64,000 nucleotides of DNA, taken from the NCBI GenBank assembly GCA_964471395.1, contig CAYYHB010000002.1, positions 15,313 to 79,312 of the forward strand, in the 5' to 3' direction. This DNA is from an uncultured Burkholderiales bacterium (GTDB taxonomy: Bacteria > Vulcanimicrobiota > Xenobia > Xenobiales > QWHO01). Position 1 is the first letter of the stretch. Every line of letters begins with the position of its first letter. Below, one piece after another: positions 19,083 through 28,447 of the stretch. The notes beneath the pieces are model-generated. The model was not told the DNA's origin, ran no database searches, and saw only the letters and a list, made by a program, of their open reading frames with translations. The translations under genes and the position numbers were made by a program.

Positions 19083-20377
19083 CAGCCCCCCCAGCGACCC
19101 AGCGCGGCCACCAAATGCGCCCCGGCCTCCTCCACGCTGGCAAAGCGAGATTCGGGGGCTTTGGCCAGCATGCGCAGCAGGATCTGCTCCACCTCGGCCG
19201 GCAGGTCGGCGCGCAGACGCGAGGGCGGCTCGGGCTTCTCGCCCACATGTTGGAAGAGCACCTGAAGCGGATCGGGAGCCTGGAACGGCTGGCGGCCCGT
19301 CAACAGCTCGTAGGCCATCACGCCCAGGGCATACTGATCGATGGCCCTGTCATAGCTCACCCCCTGAATCTGCTCAGGGGCCATGTAAGCGGGAGTGCCG
19401 AGCACGGTACCGGTCTGGGTCAGGTTGGTGGAGTTGTCCGCCCGGCTGAGGCCAAAATCCATGACTTTGAGCTTACCCGAGGCTGTGAACATCACGTTCT
19501 CGGGCTTGAGGTCGCGGTGGACCACCCCGCGCGAATGGGCGTAGGCCAGGGCCTGGAAGAGTGGCAGGAGGACCTCGGCCGCCTGCTCCGGGGAAAGGCC
19601 CTCGCCTCTCAGCCGCTCGCGCAGGGTGCCGCCTTCCACTAGCTCCATGACCAGGTAGACCAGTCCGTGCTCCTCGCCCCAGTCGTAGAGGCGCACGATG
19701 TGGGGATGATCCATCTCCTTGCACAGGCGCACCTCGCGCTTGAAACGCTTGAACAGCTCGGGGTCGCCGCTCAGGGTGGCTTGGAGCACCTTGACGGCCA
19801 CCTCCTCGCTGCCCTTGCGGCCCCGGTAAACTCGGGCCATTCCGCCCGCTCCCAGCTCACCCAGCAAGTAGTAGCCGCCCAGCTCGGAGCCTTCCAGCAA
19901 GCCCCCACCGTCGGTCCGGGCCAGCAGGTCTTCCAGCCGACGGGCCCGGCGGTGACTGCGGGTGTGAAAGAGCACCATTCCTCCCGCTCCGATCAGGATC
20001 ACGGTGGCGAAAGCCAGCGGTGCTCTCAGGGCCGCCAGGTGAGCCGCCAGGCTGGCGGGCTTGAGGGTCGCGGGGGCCGGCTTGCCCCCGGCTCCCAGCG
20101 GCAGCTCGCGGGCCAGCTTGAGGCGCGACTCCTGGATGGCGAACGGCTCGACTGCGTAGCCGGGCAGGCTGAAGCTGAACTCGAGAGTCCGCTCGTCTTG
20201 TCCGGTCAGGGGAACGGCCAGCGGAGTGCCGCTCAGCCCCAGCGTGCGGGGGCCCAGCTTGACCACGGCTCCCTCGGGGCGGGTGTGGAAGGTCACTCGA
20301 TGCTCGCTCGGAGGCGGCTGGGCCGCAGCCAGCTGCGTCAGCAAGCAGAACGTGACCCCCAACAGCGCGCTTCTCAC
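19082..20377 (-). CDS. membrane Ser/Thr protein kinase with N-terminal signal/extracytoplasmic domain
   Basis: Hanks kinase motifs [36 protein letters not shown]; GTG start 20377 yields signal-like [20 protein letters not shown]; TM before kinase domain. Confidence 0.75.
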   Translation of the reverse strand: MRSALLGVTFCLLTQLAAAQPPPSEHRVTFHTRPEGAVVKLGPRTLGLSGTPLAVPLTGQDERTLEFSFSLPGYAVEPFAIQESRLKLARELPLGAGGKPAPATLKPASLAAHLAALRAPLAFATVILIGAGGMVLFHTRSHRRARRLEDLLARTDGGGLLEGSELGGYYLLGELGAGGMARVYRGRKGSEEVAVKVLQATLSGDPELFKRFKREVRLCKEMDHPHIVRLYDWGEEHGLVYLVMELVEGGTLRERLRGEGLSPEQAAEVLLPLFQALAYAHSRGVVHRDLKPENVMFTASGKLKVMDFGLSRADNSTNLTQTGTVLGTPAYMAPEQIQGVSYDRAIDQYALGVMAYELLTGRQPFQAPDPLQVLFQHVGEKPEPPSRLRADLPAEVEQILLRMLAKAPESRFASVEEAGAHLVAALGRWGG

Positions 20378-20417
20378 TCTTTGAAGCGAATTCGCGTTTG
20401 AAGCGGCACTTCCCCGC

Positions 20418-21626
20418 TCAGATCGACCTGAGCTCGTTCTCCAGGGCTTTCTGGCGAGCGCGGGCGGCCTCGATCTCGACCTTGGGCAGGCCCCCCATTT
20501 CGTAGAGCTCTTCCAGCTTCTTGAGGTGCTCGCGGCCATCGGTGACCTTCTTCTTGAGCTGGGTCAGCTTGGTGCTCTTGCCCTCGACGGCGTTCCTCTT
20601 GTAGTCGAGCACCTCTTCTTTGAGCTGGGGGCTCCTGGCCACCACCTTGTTGACCATTGCTTCAACGTTCTTCCAGCTCAGGCCCCGCGATCTGGCTTCC
20701 TGCTCGATGACGGTCAGACGATTGGCGGCCTGGTTGCGCTGGCCTTCCAGCATGGCCAGCGAGCGCTCATTGACAGCCAGCAAAGGGCCCACGTTCTTGG
20801 AACGCTTCTTGGCGTTGGCCAGCTCCTGGCGGGCCTGCTCGACTTCCTTGCGGGCCACCAGGCCCCTCTCGGCGTAATCTTGCATCTGCTTGACGGTTTT
20901 CTCGAGCTCGGGCACGCGGTTCTTGAGCGATTTCGCGTCCGCTTTCAGGCGGACCCGCTCCCACTTACGCATGGCCAGCTCGGAGTCAGATTCTTGCAAG
21001 GTGGCCTTGGCCACCAGCCAGGTGACCAGGAAAGACTCGGTGGAGTTGCTGGCCAGCCCGGCGAAGGGGCTGTTGGGGATGGTGGCCCCCTCTCCGAAAG
21101 GGATGTAGTTGCCGACCGCGTCGCGCATCTTGACATCCACGTGGTCGAGGGCGATGGTGCCGAGCACGTCGCCGGGAAGGATTTGCTGGCCCACCGAGAC
21201 GCTGGGGCTGAGGTGCCCGTAGGTCACTGTCCAACCGGTGGGCATCTGCACCGTCACCCCGTACTGGGGACCGTACCAGTGGGCGATGGAGATGACCGTG
21301 CCGGCCCAGCCAGCGGCGCAGGGGGTGCCGAAGGGCATGGCGATATCGTAGCCCAGGTGCAGTCCGGCGTTGCGTCGGTAAACCGAGACTGTGCGCCAGT
21401 CGTAGAAGGTGCTGCTGACAAAGGCGCTGGGGAAGTAGCGCTGCTGGAAGGCCACCAGCTCGCCCAGGCCCTTGACATCCCCTCTGGCCCGCCGGCTGTC
21501 GATGATGCCATAGTCGTCCCTGAGCTTCTCGACCACCGCCGGAACGCTGGTGGAAGAAGGCGTCTCGGGCTGCTGGGCCGCTGCGGTCACGGTCAACAAC
21601 AGACCGGCAAGCAAAATCCTTCGCAT
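20418..21626 (-). CDS. M23-family metallopeptidase (LytM domain) with C-terminal coiled coil
   Basis: GLHLGYDIAMPFGTP...HWYG..VTVQMPTGWTVTYGHL (HxxxD / HxH); signal peptide MRRILLAGLLLTVTAAAQ; GGAGGA SD before ATG 21626. Confidence 0.75.
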   Translation of the reverse strand: MRRILLAGLLLTVTAAAQQPETPSSTSVPAVVEKLRDDYGIIDSRRARGDVKGLGELVAFQQRYFPSAFVSSTFYDWRTVSVYRRNAGLHLGYDIAMPFGTPCAAGWAGTVISIAHWYGPQYGVTVQMPTGWTVTYGHLSPSVSVGQQILPGDVLGTIALDHVDVKMRDAVGNYIPFGEGATIPNSPFAGLASNSTESFLVTWLVAKATLQESDSELAMRKWERVRLKADAKSLKNRVPELEKTVKQMQDYAERGLVARKEVEQARQELANAKKRSKNVGPLLAVNERSLAMLEGQRNQAANRLTVIEQEARSRGLSWKNVEAMVNKVVARSPQLKEEVLDYKRNAVEGKSTKLTQLKKKVTDGREHLKKLEELYEMGGLPKVEIEAARARQKALENELRSI

Positions 21627-21704
21627 ACGTCCTCCAATATACCCGATTGTGCTTGTAAAGAAAAGTTGGCGATTTTTACCAGCACGTTCTGCGGTTGAGA
21701 AACC

Positions 21705-21733
21705 TTGATCCGTCCGGACAGCCATGCTATAAT
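21705..21733 (+). promoter_or_regulatory. sigma70-like promoter for tRNA-Asn
   Basis: TTGATC -35, 17-nt spacer, TATAAT -10 ending ~9 nt before tRNA 5' end. Confidence 0.45.
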
Positions 21734-21742
21734 GCGGGTCAT

Positions 21743-21817
21743 TCCGGAGTAGCTCAGTGGTAGAGCAACCGGCTGTTAACCGGTTGGCCGTAGGTTCGAA
21801 CCCTACCTCCGGAGCCA
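21743..21817 (+). tRNA. tRNA-Asn (anticodon GTT)
   Basis: Cloverleaf: acceptor TCCGGAG/CTCCGGA, D-arm GCTCAGTGGTAGAGC, anticodon loop CTGTTAA, T-arm GTAGGTTCGAACCCTAC, 3' GCCA. Confidence 0.9.
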
Positions 21818-21820
21818 GCG

Positions 21821-21856
21821 AAAAGGCCCCCGCCAGATGACGGGGGCCATTTTCAT
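21821..21856 (+). terminator. rho-independent terminator after tRNA-Asn
   Basis: GGCCCCCG-ccagatga-CGGGGGCC hairpin followed by ATTTTCAT. Confidence 0.6.
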
Positions 21857-21895
21857 GATGTGGAGGCCCCTCCTCGGGGGACGGGCCATGGCCTA

Positions 21896-23377
21896 CTACT
21901 CTTTTTGAGCACCGGGAGCCTCGCGCAAAAGCTTCAAGCCCTTCTCGGCGTGGGCTCGATCTTCGGCCCTGGTGGCCGGGTCGGCCAGAACGGCCTGATA
22001 GCGAGTTTCCTCCGATTTAGCGAAGGCTGCCATGGCTTCAGGCTTGGTGGAGAAGGCCGGGTAGCTTGGCTGCACTCCGTATTTCGCCATCGCATCCGCA
22101 CGCGCTTCCAGCTCTTCGCGACCCAGGCCCAGGTCTTTGGGGAACTTGGCGACCAGGAATACGTCGCGGGCGGGATCGAGATCCAGGATGGTGGGCCGGA
22201 TGAACTCAGTCTCGCCCCGGAACGTGGTCAGATCCCAGATTTTGAACGTCTCAGCCGGAGTGCGGCCGCCCCGCTCCTCGTAGTCGCGCACCAGTCGACG
22301 CAGCAAGCGGTCGTCGGCACTGGGGCTGTCGAGGTAGACCGCTTTATAGGGCAGGCCCAGTTTCTCGAAATGCTCAACGACCTGAGGGTTGGTGGCGTGG
22401 ATGCTGTCGAGCACGATGATGCTGTCCGAGCCGACCTCCACGTGGTTGGGCTTCTCCTCGCGGAAGCCGGTCACTTTCACGCCTTCCATGCGCCAGCCGC
22501 CGGGGCGGATGTCCTGGAAGTTGTAGACGGGCAGGTCGGCTTCTCCGGTCTGCACCAGGGTGCTCAGGTCTTCCTTGAGCTTTTTCATGTCCATGAAGTC
22601 GGCGTGATCCCAGTAGTAGGAGCCGTCGGCAGCTTGCGGATAGCCCGGCTGGTCGACATCCTTGAAGTACATGTCGCCCATAACGGTGGTCACCGGGCGA
22701 TCGCCGGCGAATTTCTGGATCTCGCGGATCAGGGTGGATTTGCCCGCCGCCGAGGGTCCGCCCACCAGGATGACGACTCGCTCGCCCTGGGGCAGGCCCT
22801 TCACCAGGGCTTCGAGCTGCTCATACTGGTTGTGGGTGCGTCCTTCGTCCAGGGCCTGGGCCACATCGGCTTCGTCCAGGGCACCGGGCAGTCGCAACAC
22901 GTGGGCTCGGCCCTGAGAGTCGACCTGCTGCACTTTCTCGTAGCTGACGGGATACTTGCCGGCCATCTCCTTGATGAGATCGCTGGAGCCGAAGCGCTGG
23001 TTTACCTCGAAGGCGCCTTCCAGGCTGGCCGCGTTGACGGCGTCGGGGCGACTGATGACCAGGGCCCTGGTTTGCTCGCCCTCGGCTGGCATGACTCCCA
23101 CCACGCCCTTGAAGGTGGGGTAGCGGTCCATCTGGTCGATGAGGACTTTGGTGGTGGCCGCCAGGGCTTCCGGGTTGGCCACCTGGGCGGCCGTGAGGGT
23201 GGTGGTAGCCAGATGGGGCTCTCCCTGAACCGTAGCGAGGAGCTGTTGCTTCAGGTTCTGAGCCGGCCGCGGGCCACCAAGTTTGACTTGATCCCCCTCG
23301 GATGGGCATGAGCTGCATGCGCTTTGGGGTCGAGCCACAAAGGATTGGGTGGCCGCGGTCAGGGTCTGCACGGTCAT
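21896..23377 (-). CDS. phosphoribulokinase/uridine kinase-family P-loop kinase with ~200-aa N-terminal extension
   Basis: VVILVGGPSAAGKSTL Walker A in PRK/URK-like context; GGAAGGA SD before ATG 23377. Confidence 0.6.
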   Translation of the reverse strand: MTVQTLTAATQSFVARPQSACSSCPSEGDQVKLGGPRPAQNLKQQLLATVQGEPHLATTTLTAAQVANPEALAATTKVLIDQMDRYPTFKGVVGVMPAEGEQTRALVISRPDAVNAASLEGAFEVNQRFGSSDLIKEMAGKYPVSYEKVQQVDSQGRAHVLRLPGALDEADVAQALDEGRTHNQYEQLEALVKGLPQGERVVILVGGPSAAGKSTLIREIQKFAGDRPVTTVMGDMYFKDVDQPGYPQAADGSYYWDHADFMDMKKLKEDLSTLVQTGEADLPVYNFQDIRPGGWRMEGVKVTGFREEKPNHVEVGSDSIIVLDSIHATNPQVVEHFEKLGLPYKAVYLDSPSADDRLLRRLVRDYEERGGRTPAETFKIWDLTTFRGETEFIRPTILDLDPARDVFLVAKFPKDLGLGREELEARADAMAKYGVQPSYPAFSTKPEAMAAFAKSEETRYQAVLADPATRAEDRAHAEKGLKLLREAPGAQKE

Positions 23378-23496
23378 CGTCTCTCGTCCTTCCTTCCAGA
23401 CAGGTAGATCTATGTGTTCTCAGCAAGTATGCCTTGAGCGGCTGAAAAAAGTTGGAAACAGGATGGTAACCTATTTCCGGGTCGAAGGGTCGCAGC

Positions 23497-24036
23497 ATGT
23501 TGAAAAATCTTACTTTGTTGGTCGTCGCGCTGGTAGGCCTGGCCACCGGGTGCACGTCCCCAGGGCCCGAGGTCTCTCCCAGCTTAACCCCCAGTCCCAC
23601 CACCAGCGGTTCGCCCTCACCCGAGCCGAGCCAGGTGGGCGGGCCAAGCAAAGAGGCGGCACTGAGCGTGCTGCTTTCCCTGGCGCGAGCCATCGAGGCC
23701 GGTCAGGTCGAGGAGGCCAGCAAGCTGGTGATGGTGCCCAAGGGAATGCCGCCCGAAGAGATCGGCCCGGAGCTGAAGAAGTCGCTCGAGCGGGGTGAGA
23801 TCTCGGTCAGCGGGGTGGAGAAGCTGGGCAAGCTGGGCAGTTACGGCACAGCCCGCGAGATTTTCGAGGATCGGGCCGACAACTGGGCCAAGAAGACCGG
23901 GGTCGATCCCGAGCAGTGCTGGGCTTTTAGCTTTCAAGAAGCCGAAGCGGTGCTCTTCTGGGACGGTTCGGCCTTCAAGGCCATCCGCTTTGACGACATC
24001 GGCAAGCTGACCGAGAACAAAGACGACGAAGACTAG
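23497..24036 (+). CDS. hypothetical lipoprotein
   Basis: MLKNLTLLVVALVGLATGC lipobox; Pro/Ser-rich linker. Confidence 0.6.
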   Translation: MLKNLTLLVVALVGLATGCTSPGPEVSPSLTPSPTTSGSPSPEPSQVGGPSKEAALSVLLSLARAIEAGQVEEASKLVMVPKGMPPEEIGPELKKSLERGEISVSGVEKLGKLGSYGTAREIFEDRADNWAKKTGVDPEQCWAFSFQEAEAVLFWDGSAFKAIRFDDIGKLTENKDDED

Positions 24037-24055
24037 AGTCCGGCTGGCCGGACTT

Positions 24056-25042
24056 CTAGGAGGTCTGCTGGGCCTGCACAGACGTAATGACCGTGGCCTG
24101 CACGATGTCTTCGGCCTTGCAGCCGCGCGAGAGGTCGTTGGAAGGGCGCTCCAACCCTTGCAGGATGGGCCCGATGGCGGTGGCCCCGGCCAGCCGCTCG
24201 ACCAGCTTGTAGCCGATGTTGCCTGACTGCAGGTCGGGGAAGATAAGCACGTTGGCATGACCTGCTACAGGTGAGCCGGGCGCCTTGCTCGCCCCCACCG
24301 AGGGCACCAGGGCGGCGTCCAGTTGCAGCTCGCCGTCCACGGCCAGCTCGGGTCGCCGCGCCTGCAGCGTGCGGACAGCCTCGACCACCTTGTCCACCAG
24401 CGGATCCTTGGCGCTGCCCTTGGTGGAGAAGCTCAGCATGGCTACCTTCGGCTCTGCCCCCAGGAGTGCACGGCAGGTGTCGGCCGTGCAGGAGGCGATC
24501 TCGGCCAGTTGGGGAGCGGTGGGGTTGACCACCACCCCACAGTCGGCAAAGAGCAGGGGAGTGCCGTCCTTGAGCACCATCAAAAAGAAACTCGAGACGG
24601 TTTTGATGCCCGCTTTCAGGCCCAGGCAGAGGAGGGCGGAACGGACGGTGTGGGCGGTGGTGTTGGTGGCCCCGGCCACGGTACCATCGGCCTCTCCCAA
24701 GCGCACCATCATGTTGGCGAAGTAGAGCGGGTCCTCCATGGCCTTCTCGGCCTCCATCTCGGTCAGGCCTCGGTGGCGGCGAGAGTGAAAATACTCCCTC
24801 ACATAGAGGGCCCGTTCGGGATGGTCCTTGGGATCGATCAACTCCACTCCGGACAGCTCGATTCCAGCCCGCGAGGCCCGCTGAGCCAGCGCTTCGGGAC
24901 GGCCAAGAACGCCCACCCGAGCCAGGCCTCGCTCGGCGACCCAGCGGGCGGCCTGCAGCACGCGCTCGTCTTCCCCTTCGGGAAGCAAGATGAATCGCGG
25001 GTTTGCCCGGGCTCGTTCTTGAAGATGATGCAAAACTTCCAT
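24056..25042 (-). CDS. pta: phosphate acetyltransferase (class I, Pta domain only)
   Basis: Pta signatures ([38 protein letters not shown]); start at [10 protein letters not shown] (ATG 25042) rather than longest ORF. Confidence 0.8.
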   Translation of the reverse strand: MEVLHHLQERARANPRFILLPEGEDERVLQAARWVAERGLARVGVLGRPEALAQRASRAGIELSGVELIDPKDHPERALYVREYFHSRRHRGLTEMEAEKAMEDPLYFANMMVRLGEADGTVAGATNTTAHTVRSALLCLGLKAGIKTVSSFFLMVLKDGTPLLFADCGVVVNPTAPQLAEIASCTADTCRALLGAEPKVAMLSFSTKGSAKDPLVDKVVEAVRTLQARRPELAVDGELQLDAALVPSVGASKAPGSPVAGHANVLIFPDLQSGNIGYKLVERLAGATAIGPILQGLERPSNDLSRGCKAEDIVQATVITSVQAQQTS

Positions 25043-25094
25043 GGTCAGGGCAGGGTTCCAGGGGGGGGACAAGAAGACCTTCCCCCCAGAACTT

Positions 25095-26219
25095 ATGAGA
25101 CATAGAGCCCTTTCCCTTACCTTTACTCTGCTTGTGACGCTGCTCTTTCTGACCCTCGGATTGACGGCCCAGGAACCACCCGCCAGCCAGGCGAGCCCGA
25201 GCCCGAGTCTGAGCCCCGGTGCCGGCGAGGCCAGCCCCGGCGAAGCCAGCCCATCTCCGTCGCCCGAGCCGGTCTCCACTCCCACCCCGTCGCCCAGCCC
25301 CAGCGCCTCGCCCTTCAAGATCTATATTTCGGACAGCGAGAATGGCCGCATCGTCATCATGGACGACCTCAAGGGCACCAACCTCAAAGGGTTGGGGGGG
25401 GCCGGACGCGGCCCAGGAAAGTTCCTCGACCCGGGCCAGGTCTGGGTGGACCAGGACCGCTTTCTCTATGTGGCCGATCGCGGTAACGATCGAATCGTCA
25501 AGCTCGATCTCAAGCCTGAAGAGGGTTTGCCTGTCTGGACCGAGCTCAAGAATCTGAATAAGCCCGAAGGCGTTGCCGTCTGGGGTGATGAGGTTTTCGT
25601 CTCGGAGACCGGGGCCAACCGGGTCGTGGTCTATAAAGACGGTGAGGGCGACCCGATCCGTACCATCACGGATCCGATGCTCAAACAGCCGGGCAAGCTC
25701 TGGTTCGACGATACCGGACGCCTGTTTTTATGCTGTGGGGAATACCCGCCGGGCGGCTCGGTCGTGATGATCCCGCCAGGCACCGACCAGAAGCCCAAGG
25801 AATGGGAGGCCTACCAGGGTGCAGGTCTGCGTCCCACGGGGTATCAGCCGCGCCAGGCTGTGCTGCGCAAGAACCGCATTTTGTCCATCGATTCCAGCTC
25901 CAACCGGCTGACCGCCACCGACAACGCGGCCGGTCGAGCCACCCGAGAGATCGGGAGCTACGGCTCGGGTCTGGGACGATTCATGCGGCCCGAGGGCATG
26001 GCGCTCGACAGCGAAGGCCGCATTTACATCGCCGATACAGGCAACGACCGGATTGTGCGCATCGACGACCCGACCGGGGCCGGCTGGCGGGAGTACCAGC
26101 CTGGTCGCAATCCCAACAATCTGCTGCGGGGCCCCAAGAGCATCTTCATCTGGGCGCCTACCAAGCCAGTGCCGCCCGAGCCGCCGCCCGAGGACAAGAA
26201 GGACAAGAAAGAGAAATAA
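25095..26219 (+). CDS. secreted NHL-repeat protein
   Basis: Signal peptide [26 protein letters not shown]; repeated ...[11 protein letters not shown] / GANRVVVY / [14 protein letters not shown]-type beta-propeller blades; Pro/Ser linker; Lys-rich tail. Confidence 0.7.
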   Translation: MRHRALSLTFTLLVTLLFLTLGLTAQEPPASQASPSPSLSPGAGEASPGEASPSPSPEPVSTPTPSPSPSASPFKIYISDSENGRIVIMDDLKGTNLKGLGGAGRGPGKFLDPGQVWVDQDRFLYVADRGNDRIVKLDLKPEEGLPVWTELKNLNKPEGVAVWGDEVFVSETGANRVVVYKDGEGDPIRTITDPMLKQPGKLWFDDTGRLFLCCGEYPPGGSVVMIPPGTDQKPKEWEAYQGAGLRPTGYQPRQAVLRKNRILSIDSSSNRLTATDNAAGRATREIGSYGSGLGRFMRPEGMALDSEGRIYIADTGNDRIVRIDDPTGAGWREYQPGRNPNNLLRGPKSIFIWAPTKPVPPEPPPEDKKDKKEK

Positions 26220-26225
26220 CCGTTA

Positions 26226-26482
26226 TGGATTCCGAAGAGCAGGTTGCCAATCGGGAGAGCCAGTCCGCCCTGGCGGCCCGTCGACCCGACGACTGGCAGG
26301 CGCTGGGAGAGGCCTTCGAGGCCATGGGCAAGGCCGGACTGGCTTTGACCATCGGCTTCACGGTGGCCGCAGGGGTGTGCAAGATGGCCCAGCAGGGCAA
26401 GCTTAAGCTCCCCGACTTTCTTGGGATGGTAGGCCTGACGCCCCCTGCGCCCGCAGGAAAGGAAGAGCGCCCTACTTCTTGA
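26226..26482 (+). CDS. small hypothetical protein (85 aa)
   Basis: ORF immediately downstream of NHL gene; weak SD. Confidence 0.3.
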
Positions 26483-26915
26483 GTTGCGGCGCGAGCTCAT
26501 CTCGCAGCTTCGCGTATTCAGAGTAGGCTTTATCGGCCGAGCGACGCACCGCCTCGGGGGCCCCTTTGGGGCCGGTAGCCAGATAGTGCTGCTCTTGCGT
26601 CATCCAGTCCATCTCGTAGCCGATCAGGTCGCGTAGCTTGCTGTGCAAGACCTTCAACTCTTGCTTGTCGGGCTCGGGACCGAGGCCCTTCTGGGCCTGG
26701 GCCAACTCCTTCTTCAGCCCTTCCAGCACTATGTCGTCGCGCTCGATCTGGCGGATCTCGGCCGGGCTCAGCCCGGCGGGCTTTTTGATGGACAGGGCCT
26801 TCTTCTCCGAAGCCAGCACAGTGGCGTAGGCCTTCTTCATGGTGGCCAGGCTCCGGGCGTCGTCGGCCAGGGTCGGCAAGAGCAACAGCAACAACAAAAC
26901 GGCCAGTTTTCGCAC
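26472..26915 (-). CDS. hypothetical secreted protein (147 aa, helical)
   Basis: GTG start gives signal peptide MRKLAVLLLLLLLPTLA; upstream part of track ORF is low-complexity artefact. Confidence 0.5.
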   Translation of the reverse strand: MRKLAVLLLLLLLPTLADDARSLATMKKAYATVLASEKKALSIKKPAGLSPAEIRQIERDDIVLEGLKKELAQAQKGLGPEPDKQELKVLHSKLRDLIGYEMDWMTQEQHYLATGPKGAPEAVRRSADKAYSEYAKLRDELAPQLKK

Positions 26916-26956
26916 GGTCGAGGAGATTCGCGGTCGGCTGGATCGGACCCTGGCGC

Positions 26957-28447
26957 TCAGCTCTTCTTGGCCGCCCTCTTGGCCGGGGTGCGCTTCTTCT
27001 GGCGCACCACCAGCTCGCCTTTCTCGGTCTGCACTTCCACCCAATCGCCCTCGTGGTACTGCTCCTCGAGCATGGCGTGGGCCAGGCGGTTCTCTACCTC
27101 TCGTGTGAACAGGCGGCGCAACGTGCCAGCCCCCTCGGGGCCGCCTTCGGCTTTGCCGATCAAGAACTCGTGGACCTCCGGCCGCACCGTCACCTTGACG
27201 CCGCGGCGCTGCTTGAGGTGGCGGGCCAGATCGTTGGTCCATTTCTCCACCAGCTCGGCCATGTCCGAGCGACCCAGGGGAGGGAAGAGCACCACGTCGT
27301 CCACCTGCTCGAGCGCTTCCGAGCTGAGGGCCCGCTCGAGCTCTGGCAGAAGGGCCCGCTCCAGCTTGTCCTGGGCCGAGAGTCGATGGCGATCCGAAAG
27401 GCGAAAGCCCACCGGCTGCTCGCGCTCGAACATGTCGGCGTCAACCACCACCGACAAGATCACCACGTTGTCGCGAAACTCCACCCGCTGCCCGCGCCCG
27501 TCGATCACGTGCCCCCGGGCCAGAATCTGGTGGATCACGTCCAGCGCTCGAGGATGGGCCCGATCGGCATCTTCGAGGTAGAGCACCGAATAGGGATACT
27601 CCTGGGCCAGCATTGTGAGCACCCCCTCTTGCTCCTGGGGCGAGCCGCCGGCGTGGCCGGCCAGGCGCATTGCCCGCAACTCGTCGGAAAACTCGTCCAG
27701 GTTCAGCCGGATGAGCCGCTCGGGGTCGTTGAACAAGAACTCGGCCAGACTGACCGCCAGGGTGGTCTTGCCGGCCCCGCGTGGGCCGGCGAAGAGAAAG
27801 CTGGCCAGCGGGCGACCGGCCTCCGACAGCCCGGCCCACGAGCGCACCAGGGCGGCTGCTACCCGGTCGACGGCCGCATCCTGTCCGATGATCTTGTCTT
27901 TGAGAGTCTGGGCGGACGCCTTCAATCGCTCACGCCACCTCTTGGCCTCGGCCAGCTGTCCGGGGCGCTCGGCGCCCGAGGCCAGCGAGAACACCCGCGG
28001 ACGGCGACGGGTGGGCTCGCCCATCAGCTCTTCCAGGGCCGCCGACCAGCTGACCAGGTCGGCACCGCGGTTGAGAAGCAGGCTGGCAGCGTCGCTGTCG
28101 CGATCCTGCAGCACGGCCCAGAGCAGGTAGACGGAGTTGACCGGGCGCGAGTAGCTGGAGGCCATATCCTCGGCCAGTCGTAGAGCACCCAGGGCCCGCA
28201 GGCTGGGAGGGGGCACCCAGTCCTCCTCCGAGCTTCCTTTCCCCCTGCCAACCAGTACCAGGGCAGCCTTCTTGACCTTGCTGGCGGTAATGCCGCGCCG
28301 TCGCAGAAAGCGCCCGCCTTCCCCGCTGTCCTCCTCGGCCAGTCCGATCAACAGGTGCTCGGGGCAAAGATAGACATGACCCATGGCCCGGCAGGCTTTG
28401 CGCGCCAGCGACAGAGCCTGCACCACGTCGTGAGCCTGAAAGTACAT
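26957..28447 (-). CDS. Clp_N-domain AAA+ ATPase, single ClpB/ClpA D2-like module
   Basis: Two Clp_N repeats then IIGQDAAVDRV...GPRGAGKTTLA (Walker A), ...YSVLYLEDADRAHP (Walker B region, ED), ...GRGQRVEFRDNVVIL (sensor/Arg finger) colinear with ClpB D2. Confidence 0.75.
   Translation of the reverse strand: MYFQAHDVVQALSLARKACRAMGHVYLCPEHLLIGLAEEDSGEGGRFLRRRGITASKVKKAALVLVGRGKGSSEEDWVPPPSLRALGALRLAEDMASSYSRPVNSVYLLWAVLQDRDSDAASLLLNRGADLVSWSAALEELMGEPTRRRPRVFSLASGAERPGQLAEAKRWRERLKASAQTLKDKIIGQDAAVDRVAAALVRSWAGLSEAGRPLASFLFAGPRGAGKTTLAVSLAEFLFNDPERLIRLNLDEFSDELRAMRLAGHAGGSPQEQEGVLTMLAQEYPYSVLYLEDADRAHPRALDVIHQILARGHVIDGRGQRVEFRDNVVILSVVVDADMFEREQPVGFRLSDRHRLSAQDKLERALLPELERALSSEALEQVDDVVLFPPLGRSDMAELVEKWTNDLARHLKQRRGVKVTVRPEVHEFLIGKAEGGPEGAGTLRRLFTREVENRLAHAMLEEQYHEGDWVEVQTEKGELVVRQKKRTPAKRAAKKS

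Noticed and set aside
21860-23311. 483-aa + strand ORF
   Set aside because: Antisense to the P-loop kinase gene (21896-23377), which carries a clear Walker A in context
24056-25318. N-terminal 92-aa Gly-rich extension on Pta
   Set aside because: Pta homologues start near MEVLHHLQ; the extension would overlap the divergent NHL gene promoter
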